Made by a program: the position numbers and the translations under genes. From the sequence record MK250029.1: a stretch of 64,000 nt of DNA; one strand, 5' to 3'. Each line of letters starts with the position of its first letter. Within the stretch, counting starts at the first letter, position 1. Below are positions 1 through 8,488 of this stretch, piece after piece. The notes under the pieces are model-generated. The model ran no database searches. It was not told where the DNA came from and saw nothing but the letters and a program-made list of their open reading frames with translations.

Positions 1-60
1 TAAATCTTTAAAAGGAATAAAACCATTTTCTGTCATTACTTCAGTATTTCCATCAAAACA
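1..60 (-). mobile_element. Intein N-terminal splicing block inserted in ClpX
   Basis: Directly after IVFLDE the frame reads [20 protein letters not shown], a typical intein block A (C1-x-x-G-x-T-x-V-x-T-x-x-G), instead of the expected IDK. Confidence 0.85.
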
Positions 61-633
61 TTCATCTAAAAAGACTATGCCATGTTCTGCTTTCTTAACA
101 TCATAATCACATGCTTGAAGAAGTCTTGTAATAGAAGTTTCTACATCATCACCTACGTAACCTGCTTCTGTAATTGAATTGCAATCTACTATACTAATAG
201 GCACATCTAACATTTTAGCTATAGACTTAACCAATAACGTTTTTCCAACGCCAGTTTCTCCACAAAGTATGCAATTTGACTTCTCAATTTCAACATCATC
301 AAATCCTTTTTGCTTTATTCGTTTATAATGGTTATAAACTGCAACTGCTAATCTTTGTTTTGCTTTATCTTGTCCAATAACATATTGATCTAGAAATTCT
401 TTAATCTCTGTAGGTTTCTTTACATCATCTTTATGAAATTCATCTTCTGGTATAAAATTTGTATTATGATTAATTATACTAAGATTCATATTGTATATTT
501 GATCACAACACTCATTACATATACTACCAAATTCACCATTAAATAATAATGCAACATCTTTTTTTGTTTTACCACAAAATGAACATTTGTTTTCTTTATT
601 TGTATCTTTATTTTTATCTTTCTTAACTGCCAT
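1..633 (-). CDS. clpX: ATP-dependent Clp protease ATPase ClpX, N-terminal part; runs off the window edge and is interrupted by an intein
   Basis: Translation from ATG at 633: C4 zinc finger CSFCG...[31 protein letters not shown], Walker [24 protein letters not shown], Walker B GIVFLDE. Confidence 0.95.
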   Translation of the reverse strand, partial: MAVKKDKNKDTNKENKCSFCGKTKKDVALLFNGEFGSICNECCDQIYNMNLSIINHNTNFIPEDEFHKDDVKKPTEIKEFLDQYVIGQDKAKQRLAVAVYNHYKRIKQKGFDDVEIEKSNCILCGETGVGKTLLVKSIAKMLDVPISIVDCNSITEAGYVGDDVETSITRLLQACDYDVKKAEHGIVFLDECFDGNTEVMTENGFIPFKDL

Positions 634-750
634 AATTAAAAACTAAAACTTAAATAACTATAATAACAACATATATTATATATTATGTAATAAATAAAGT
701 TTAAAAATAATACAAATAAATAACTAAGAACAAATTTATTAAAAAAAAGA

Positions 751-2133
751 ATGTAGACCATAAAAATTAAATATACAATAAACGATAATGATAAATTATT
801 GCTTAATGATTATATTAGACAGTATAATCATGTATATCGTGTTGCATTTAATAATTTATAGTCACATAAGAAAAATAAATTATCCGAATTAACAAATTTA
901 AACAATATAGATTTATTAGATAGTTGATTTATATAGTCTGCTAATTATGAAGTGAAAACTTTATATAAATTAGTTGGTGATAAAAAAGTTATATTTGGTG
1001 GAAGAAAAAACTTTATAAAAAGATGTTAGAATAAAATTTCATATGATGAATTTAATTCATATAGATTTCAACCATTATGTAGTTATGGTGAAAAGAAATC
1101 AGGTACGAAATCTGTTCATGGAAATAGAAAATTTAAATTATCAGATGACCTAATATTTATAACATTAAAATTAAAAGAAAGAAAAATTAAAATTAATCTA
1201 CCAAAATATTTACATTCAAATATCAAATATATACTTAAAAATGTATATGTACACCAAATATTAGATGATACACCTATTACATATAAAATAGATTATAATT
1301 ATGTATATATTCAGTTTGATGAATCTGTAATTTTAAATAAAAATAATAATTTAGATAAAATATAGAATCGCGTATTATCATTAGATTTAAATCCTAATTA
1401 TATAGGTTGGTCTATAGTTGATTGGAAGTCAGAGAATGAATTCAATGTTATCAAATCAGGTGTTTATTCTATAAAGAATTTAAATGATAAAGTTTTTAAT
1501 TTAAAAAATAAAGGTTACTCATCAGATTCTAGTGAAAGAAAATATATTTCAGATAAGCGTAATTTTGAGACAATATAGATAGTAAAGAATATAGTTAATA
1601 AATCTATATATTATAAATGTCAACTTATTTCTATAGAGGATTTAAATATTAAATCTTCAGATTTGAATAAAGGTAAGCGACTCAATAAGTTAATTAATAA
1701 TTCATGGTGTAGAAATACATTTGTAAATAATTTAACTAAAAGATGTAATATTCATAATATGAAATTATTAAAGGTTAAACCAGAATATTCAAGTTTTATT
1801 GGTAATTTCTTATATCGTTCATTAAATTTACCGGATATGATATTGGCTTCAATAGAAATAGGAAGACGAGGATATGAATTTTATAATCAATATATAAGTA
1901 AAGTAAAAGAAATTAAAAAGAATATAATAAAACCAGATCTAAATATGTTTAATAGATTGTATCTTAAGTCGTTGGAAGAATTTAAGTTACAACCAATATA
2001 CAAAGATTTGATTGAATTATATTACTTCTTCAAAAAGTCTAAAATGATGTATAGACTTTCTATAGATTAGTTTAATCTATAGTTTTCTAGCTTATTTTCG
2101 AATACTTCATATATAGGGTATTTTTGTTTTTAA
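751..2133 (+). pseudogene. tnpB: TnpB/Cas12f-like RuvC nuclease, about 460 codons with TAG=Gln, interrupted by one in-frame TGA at 925-927
   Basis: One frame from ATG 751 to TAA 2133; RuvC-I RVLSLDLNPNYIGWSIVDW, RuvC-II ISIEDLNI, VKPEYSSFIGN and RuvC-III LPDMILASIEI; no CxxC zinc finger before RuvC-III; no tnpA in the window. Confidence 0.8.
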
Positions 2134-2248
2134 AATTATACATAATGATATAGTTTATTAAAAAACATTATAAAATAAGTACATTATAGTCAAAAATTTG
2201 TTAATTGTTTATTCTATAAATAATAAAAATAAGCTAATAATTAAATAT

Positions 2249-2446
2249 ATGAAAAATAATAAAAAGTCTCCTATTAAAAATAAAAATATAAAAGGAAAAA
2301 TAGGTTCTGAAGGCGGTTATTATATTGATAACTGTCCTGTTTTAATTCCTAAAGAAAATATTAAATTTTTTACTGCAATGCAAAAAGCATGTTCAGTCAA
2401 TCCATATGGAAATTATGGAAATGCATATAATAAGAAATTATTGTAA
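2249..2446 (+). CDS. Small hypothetical protein (65 aa)
   Basis: ATG after an AT-rich leader, TAA stop, followed by a terminator hairpin. Confidence 0.55.
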   Translation: MKNNKKSPIKNKNIKGKIGSEGGYYIDNCPVLIPKENIKFFTAMQKACSVNPYGNYGNAYNKKLL

Positions 2447-2448
2447 TA

Positions 2449-2495
2449 AAAAAGAAGATATAAGTTTTTCAAAATTAACTTATATCTTCTTTTTA
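2449..2495. terminator. Bidirectional intrinsic terminator
   Basis: AAAAGAAGATATAAGTT...AACTTATATCTTCTTTT inverted repeat between convergent genes. Confidence 0.8.
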
Positions 2496-2518
2496 TTTTA
2501 TATTATATTAATTTATAA

Positions 2519-3067
2519 TTAAAATTTTAAACCATTCATCATTTCAAAAACCTTAATCTTATTATTAATTCCATAAATAATATTATCAATAGTTGAAATA
2601 GTATCTTTCATATATTTACAAAAATTATCTAATAAATCTACTGATTCTTTTTCTGCAGACAACTGAGATTCTATTTGTAAATTAATAGCACTTTCATTTG
2701 TATAACGAATACCAGAAGATCCTGATTTCAAAGCTAAATATATACTTGATGCTTTTGTTTTATAATCTCTTGTTTGTTTACTTAAAATTTTTGCTGTTCC
2801 ATAAAATAAATCTATTGCTTCTTGTCTTTTCAAATAAACTTCATTCATTAATCCATCTATAGATTTAAGATCTTTCATACGTTCATTAAGAGACTTTATA
2901 ATATCAGTCCATTTATCCTGTAAATTTGTTAATGAATTTTCCAAAGAATTCTGCTGTTGTGTATTTGTTTGTACAGATGTATTATTAACACCAGAATTAT
3001 TTTGAATTGAATTATTATCTATATTATTTATTGTATTATTATCTTGCTGTGTATTTTCTTCATTCAT
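2519..3067 (-). CDS. Helical protein, possibly a UvsY-like recombination mediator
   Basis: 182-aa ORF with a low-complexity N/Q-rich N-terminus and a coiled C-terminus (LDNFCKYMKDTISTIDNIIYGINNKI) reminiscent of T4 UvsY; recognition only. Confidence 0.45.
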   Translation of the reverse strand: MNEENTQQDNNTINNIDNNSIQNNSGVNNTSVQTNTQQQNSLENSLTNLQDKWTDIIKSLNERMKDLKSIDGLMNEVYLKRQEAIDLFYGTAKILSKQTRDYKTKASSIYLALKSGSSGIRYTNESAINLQIESQLSAEKESVDLLDNFCKYMKDTISTIDNIIYGINNKIKVFEMMNGLKF

Positions 3068-3327
3068 ATAATTAAAGAACTATTCTTTATACATTATATA
3101 TATAATAAAAAATAAAGTCTTAAATGAATAATTTAATTAAAATCATATTTTAAAAATAATTTCAATCTCTAAAAGGAAATACCTTCTGAAAAAGAAAGAA
3201 TNNNNNNNNNNNNNNNNNNNNNNNNNNNNNNNNNNNNNNNNNNNNNNNNNNNNNTTTAAATAAAATCTTTATTTAATTTTTAAATATCTATCATTACCTT
3301 AATATCTTAATATTAATTATACTTGAG

Positions 3328-3705
3328 TTTTGTGAAAAAGTCTACATTTTTGTGAAAAAAGTTTAATAAAAATTAAAAATAATTTATAACTAATTAATAA
3401 TCAATAATATTTATATGATAATTTATACAAATTCTAAATAATATAATAAAAAATACTTACATTTCCGAAAGACTTACCTTACTAAATTCTATTAAATTAA
3501 ATAAATAGAATAAAAATTAAATTAAAATTATAAATTTATAAATTAAATTTTTTCATATATTATATATAGATCTATCACAANNNNNNNNNNNNNNNNNNNN
3601 NNNNNNNNGGGCTTTTGAGAAAAAGTCTACATTTTTGAGAAATATTTTTAATAAATTCTAAAAATAATTTATAAGTAATTGAAAATCAAATAATTTAGAT
3701 ATATG
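3328..3705 (+). repeat. Pair of imperfect direct repeats of about 90 nt (3328-3418 and 3613-3705) in an AT-rich intergenic region with two assembly gaps
   Basis: TTTTG(T/A)GAAAAAGTCTACATTTTTG(T/A)GAAA followed by TAAAAATAATTTATAA(C/G)TAATT..AATCA in both copies; N runs at 3202-3254 and 3581-3608. Confidence 0.75.
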
Positions 3706-4473
3706 AGCATTAGCAAAAATAATACAAAACAAGTAAAAACAGGTGTAGTTGAATCAATAGATGATCCTACATGTTCTGGACGTGTGAAAGTGAGAGTTGC
3801 TGGATTACATGATAACATAGCAACAGAGAATTTACCATGGTGTAATTATGCTGGTTCTGGTATGTTTTCAGGATCAGGTGGCGGTTAGATTTCAATACCA
3901 CGTGTAGGAACAAAAGTAAGAGTAAGATTTGCATAGGATGATGTTAATGCAATGGAATGGTATGGTACAAATTCAATAGATAGAAAATTATCAGAAGAAA
4001 TTGCTTCGGATTATGAAGGTTCATAGGTTCTTCTTTATGATTCTGAATATGATTTGTCTATCAAGTTTCAACCTGGTTCTGGATTGGCATTTTATTATAA
4101 AGGTTCATATATGCAAATGACACCTGATAATACTATAACTATTCATTATGGACCTGATGAAACAACAGGTGTTTAGATTTAGTTAACAGATGGAAAAGTT
4201 TATATATAGGCACCATAGCAGATTAATATAACATCTGGAAATGAAGTTAATATTGAAGGGAAGATTATAACTTTAAATGGAACATCTGCAGTTCGTATAA
4301 AAGGAACAACACCGAATACATGTGCTGTCAATGCGACACAACTTATGACATTGTTACAGACAATGGCGACAAACATAGATACAAAATTAGGATAGTCAAA
4401 ATCTGGTATTTGCGCTGCTACTGTTTCCGGTTCTAAAGAGAAAATAATGAATCAACATATCCTTTATATTTAA
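3703..4473 (+). CDS. Baseplate hub/spike protein, T4 gp5-like OB-fold (256 aa, TAG=Gln)
   Basis: GVVESIDDPTCSGRVKVRVAGLH...LPW...IPRVGTKVRVRF matches the gp5/VgrG OB-fold pattern; the frame continues through several TAGs to TAA 4473. Confidence 0.85.
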
Positions 4474-4649
4474 TAATGTACACGTACATTATATAGTATT
4501 AGAATGAGATATTTTCATTGTTACAGTATACTTATACTGGATCAAGAAAAACATTAAAAAATTGAGAGATTTCTTATGTTTTTCTTATGTTTTTGAAGAA
4601 AAAATATAAGTTTTTTGAGATATTATTTTTTATTATGGAAAAATATGTG

Positions 4650-4657
4650 TATCTTTG
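4650..4657 (+). promoter_or_regulatory. Bacteroidota sigma-A-type -7 promoter box (TAnnTTTG)
   Basis: TGTGTATCTTTG upstream of the ORF at 4705; the same box recurs at 20721, 23132, 27745, 28347 and on the minus strand at 63384-63391. Confidence 0.75.
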
Positions 4658-4704
4658 TATTGTGATTAAAAAATAAAAGATATAACAATTAAAAAATAAA
4701 AAAT

Positions 4705-5355
4705 ATGAGTACAATTAAAGATATTTTCGTTGGTAAGAAAACTCGTAATTCAATCTATACAGCAGATGCTATTAAAAATCTGCTTGTGAAGATTGCATGT
4801 GGTAAGACAAAGTATAATCTTACTACAAAGACTGGTAAGAAGTGCTTCTACAATGAAGTTTATCATGCAATGGGCAAGTATTTCATGTTGGATATTGTGA
4901 ATAAGAATCTGAAAGAATTCGGTATTGGTTCTGAAGAATCACTTGCAACAGCATTTATTGATAATAAAGAATTTCTTATTAATGAATGTAAGTTGAATCT
5001 TTCAGGTTTGGTTATTGAATCAAAATTTGAAAAGAAGGCAAAGGCATACATTAAGAAGTATGGAAATGGAATTGTACCGCCAACTGATGATAATGAATCT
5101 AAACTTTCAGATTTGGAACGTTGTGTTGTTGTACGAACAAAGTATGGTACACATGACCCGTTGATGTATACTATTAAAGGTGCATTAACAACAGATATTG
5201 CAGATAGTGTGAAAGCTATGTATGCATATGAATCAGGTTGTAATTATTATGAGGCTCGACCAATTCTTTATACTACATGGATTAATCTTCCAGATGAATA
5301 TAAAAATGCATCTCGTCCATGTGAAGAGGATGATTTGAAGAACGTAAATGAGTAA
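4705..5355 (+). CDS. Hypothetical protein (216 aa, no TAG), probably early
   Basis: Intact ORF behind a host-type promoter, followed by a terminator at 5364-5406. Confidence 0.85.
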   Translation: MSTIKDIFVGKKTRNSIYTADAIKNLLVKIACGKTKYNLTTKTGKKCFYNEVYHAMGKYFMLDIVNKNLKEFGIGSEESLATAFIDNKEFLINECKLNLSGLVIESKFEKKAKAYIKKYGNGIVPPTDDNESKLSDLERCVVVRTKYGTHDPLMYTIKGALTTDIADSVKAMYAYESGCNYYEARPILYTTWINLPDEYKNASRPCEEDDLKNVNE

Positions 5356-5363
5356 TATAAAAC

Positions 5364-5408
5364 AAAAAGAAATGTTTAGAATATAAATATCTAAACATTT
5401 CTTTTTTT
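5364..5408 (+). terminator. Intrinsic terminator
   Basis: AAAAAGAAATGTTTAGA...TCTAAACATTTCTTTTTTT. Confidence 0.8.
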
Positions 5409-5414
5409 ATTAAT

Positions 5415-5945
5415 ATGACAGATAGAAAGTATATTAAATATGTAATTGATGAAGTTGTATTCAGAGAATTTCCAGATGAAGTTACATTGGCATTAAATAT
5501 ATCAGGTTGTCCTAATCATTGTCCTGGTTGTCATTCATCATATTTAGCAAATGATATAGGTACTGAATTAACAGAAGATGTATTGGATAAACTAATTAAT
5601 GATAATAAAGGTATTACCTGTATAGGTTTTATGGGTGGTGATAATAACCCTAAAGAAGTTGTAAGATTATCTATGTATGTTAAAGAGAAATATCCAAATT
5701 TACATACAGGTTGGTATTCTGGTAGAGAAGTATTTCCATTACATCATGGTACTTTTGATTATATTAAATTAGGACCATGGAAAGAAGAATGTGGACCGTT
5801 AACATCAAAGACTACAAATCAGGTTATGTATATGAAGGTAGATGGTGGTATAGATAATCCAATATTTGTTGATATTACAAAGAAAGCATTTCAGTCAGCA
5901 AAACCATGGGAAACTGATTATTTGGAGAATAATGACAATGTGTAA
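5415..5945 (+). CDS. nrdG: Anaerobic ribonucleotide reductase activating protein (radical SAM)
   Basis: EFPDEVTLALNISGCPNHCPGCHS (CxxxCxxC), ITCIGFMGGD, FDYIKLGPW, TTNQVMY. Confidence 0.92.
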   Translation: MTDRKYIKYVIDEVVFREFPDEVTLALNISGCPNHCPGCHSSYLANDIGTELTEDVLDKLINDNKGITCIGFMGGDNNPKEVVRLSMYVKEKYPNLHTGWYSGREVFPLHHGTFDYIKLGPWKEECGPLTSKTTNQVMYMKVDGGIDNPIFVDITKKAFQSAKPWETDYLENNDNV

Positions 5946-6189
5946 AAATGAAAGGTAAATGTTACAAATTACATATAGTTTTGAGTAAATTAACAGATCT
6001 AGATCAGAAAATGATCCATTTTTATGCTGAAAAGCATGTTTTTTGAAAACAATTAGATAAATAAAATGTAAGATAGTTAAAGAATTTGATTATAGATAGT
6101 TATTAAAATAAATTACAAATATATAAAGAAATTAAAAAACGGTTTTCACAAACAGTTTTCTAAAATTAAAAATAAATTAAATTTACGTT

Positions 6190-6294
6190 ATGAGAACAAT
6201 TATGAACGCAGTTAAGAATGCTTGGACAGCATACTGTAATGGTAATTACGAAATGAATAAGGCAGTTTATGAAGCAGGACTTATTCTTATGTAA
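6190..6294 (+). CDS. Small protein, 34 aa (MRTIMNAVKNAWTAYCNGNYEMNKAVYEAGLILM)
   Basis: ATG preceded by AAATTAAATTTACGTT, a leader shared with the next small ORF; shares an AxxAYC motif with it. Confidence 0.65.
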   Translation: MRTIMNAVKNAWTAYCNGNYEMNKAVYEAGLILM

Positions 6295-6361
6295 TTTAAA
6301 AAATTGATAGTTAAAAAAGATAGTTAGAAAAATTTTAAAATTAAATTTACGTTAGTTGATT

Positions 6362-6508
6362 ATGAAAAGAATTTTTAGTTTATTGAAGCGTGCTGGTAAA
6401 GCATACTGCAAAGCATATACAGAAGCTAATACTATTAAATTAGGTAATGGTGAAGTTGCATATTTAGCAGGTGGTTGCGGTAATATGAGCATTGTATATG
6501 TAGCTTAA
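6362..6508 (+). CDS. Small protein, 48 aa (MKRIFSLLKRAGKAYCKAYTEANTIKLGNGEVAYLAGGCGNMSIVYVA)
   Basis: Same upstream AAATTAAATTTACGTTA leader; amphipathic basic N-terminus. Confidence 0.65.
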   Translation: MKRIFSLLKRAGKAYCKAYTEANTIKLGNGEVAYLAGGCGNMSIVYVA

Positions 6509-6518
6509 TTTTTTAAGC

Positions 6519-6639
6519 AAAGATGAAGTATTTTTATTGACACACATTCAAATGAGCAATACGGCTCATTTGATTCGGTTATGGTTGGATTCCATATAAA
6601 TAGTAAAATTATTTAGTGTTTTGCGATGTATTCATCTTT
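6519..6639 (+). ncRNA. Candidate structured RNA downstream of the small ORFs
   Basis: Closing pair AAAGATGAA/TTCATCTTT, 10-bp hairpin TCAAATGAGC/GCTCATTTGA, and a T-arm-like hairpin TATGG-TTGGATT-CCATA. Confidence 0.45.
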
Positions 6640-6754
6640 ATTTTTAGAAAGTTATTTAATCCTTAATGGATATTCATATAATATATAAATTATAATATTT
6701 TACAATTTATATATTTTTTATAAAATTCCTAATTTTATAAATTATTTAGATAAA

Positions 6755-6960
6755 TAATAAAAGAATATAGTGAGACTAAATTTAAATACGTTTTTACAAG
6801 TTATATCTTAAGTCGTTGGAAGAATTTAAGTTACAACTTATGTATATTAAATTTAGTTTGATTTATATTTATAAAAAAGATAAGATTTAGATAATTATCT
6901 TTCTATATATTTGATATATAGTTTTCTCAGGTTAACTTCACATATATTATGAAAGTTATA
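6755..6960 (+). ncRNA. Orphan copy of the tnpB 3' region (candidate omega-RNA scaffold or non-autonomous element end)
   Basis: 34-nt exact match (6804-6837 = 1960-1993) plus a covarying hairpin (6903-6921 versus 2060-2082) in the same TTT[hairpin]TTTTCT context. Confidence 0.7.
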
Positions 6961-7005
6961 TATGTTATTAAGTTAAATATCTTATAATCATATCAATAGT
7001 AATAT

Positions 7006-7050
7006 AAAAGAGGAAATAGTTTAATGTTAAAAAACTATTTCCTCTTTTTT
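7006..7050. terminator. Intrinsic terminator
   Basis: AAAAGAGGAAATAGTTT...AAACTATTTCCTCTTTTTT. Confidence 0.75.
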
Positions 7051-7092
7051 TAATATAATAAACATAATAAAAAGTAATAGATTACTTAAATA

Positions 7093-8211
7093 ATGACAAC
7101 AACAAAAAATATAATTTAGATTAAAGCAAGTAAATGTATTTTTCTTGCTGATATTCATTTAGGTGTAAGATCTGCATCAGAAGAATGGCAAGAAAATATT
7201 TCATCATATTTTTATAATTGGTTTATTCCATATATAAAATCATTAGTGGAAAAAGATCCTACTTATTTTTTAGCAATTTTAGGTGATGTATATGATGATA
7301 GAAAATCTATTGATATTAATGTAAATGATTTAGCAATAGATATATTTGAAATTTTAGGATCTATATTACCAGTTTATATTATAAACGGAAATCATGATCT
7401 ATCTAAAAGAACAAACAAAGGAAATACATCATTAAGAAATTTAGATAATATTCCAAATGTTACAGTTATAAAAGAACCGACATTAATTAAGATTAAGCCG
7501 TCAACTAAGATATTATCAAATATTATAGCAATACCATATTTGGGTTCACATGAAGAAGAAAATAAAGTATTACTTGAATATTCTGGTAAAGCAAATTATG
7601 CATGGATGCATACAGATATTTCGCAAATGAAATTTGATAATGGTATGACTATTATCGGTGCAGTTGATTCAAAAATATTTAAAGGAAAAATATTATCAGG
7701 ACATATTCATAAACGGCAGGAATTAGGTAATGTTATTTATGTAGGTTCTCCATATCAATTAAGAAGATCAGATATAGGAAATACAAAAGGAGTTTATACA
7801 GTAAATTTTACTAATAACGAATTATTATTTGAAGAAAATAATTATAGTCCAATATTTCATAAAATAAAGGTAGAAGATTTTCTGAAACTAAGTGTTAAAG
7901 AAAGAGATGAATTTCTTAATAATAATTATAATGATATTCTTATAGAAGAATCTGATTTGAGAAAATATAAATCAGGAACAATATATGATATGGCAAATCT
8001 TTCTAATGCAAAGAGAGTGCAAATTATTGTTAATAAATCTCATCATGATTTGGATAATATAGATAATGAAGAATATAAAGAATTATCTATAGAAGAACTT
8101 ATCAATGAATCAATTTCACAATTAGATGTTGATGATGAAACAAAAGACAGATTAAAGAATATCAGTAGAGACAGATTAAAACAAGCAGAAAATGAATTAA
8201 ATGAAGTTTAA
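7093..8211 (+). CDS. Metallophosphoesterase nuclease, T4 gp47/SbcD/Mre11-like (single TAG at codon 9)
   Basis: ADIHLG, GDVYD, GNHD, HTD, SGHIH, YVGSP motifs; the DxH motif lies upstream of the ORF-track start and needs ATG 7093. Confidence 0.92.
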
Positions 8212-8272
8212 TTATAAATAAATTATCACAAATTATTAAGTTTGTGTTAAAATTAATTAAACTAATTTTTAA

Positions 8273-8488
8273 ATGGATACTATAACATTTATAACAATAT
8301 ATTTTTTAATAGGATTAATAACATATATATACTTTATTACTTTAGTTAATAAAGCTGAATTAACTTTAGAATGTAAAATAAAGATATTCTTAATTTCAAT
8401 TTTGGCAAGTCCATTAGTTATTCTATTAGAATTGTTTGTTTTAATTTTAAATAGAACACGTAATTTAAATGAAGATAGAGAAGATTGA
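8273..8488 (+). CDS. Small protein with two predicted transmembrane segments (71 aa)
   Basis: Two hydrophobic stretches; lies between gp47 and gp46 and overlaps the gp46 start; TGA stop. Confidence 0.55.
   Translation: MDTITFITIYFLIGLITYIYFITLVNKAELTLECKIKIFLISILASPLVILLELFVLILNRTRNLNEDRED

Noticed and set aside
925-927. TGA also recoded (Trp), as the tnpB context might suggest
   Set aside because: TGA acts as a normal stop at 8486-8488 and 18261-18263, Trp is encoded by TGG in motifs, and no other gene examined needs TGA read-through
3202-3608. Biological meaning of the N runs
   Set aside because: They are assembly gaps; their content and true length are unknown
5948-6046. 32-codon ORF after nrdG
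   Set aside because: It overlaps terminator-like hairpins (ATGCT-GAAA-AGCAT plus T tract) and has no supporting features
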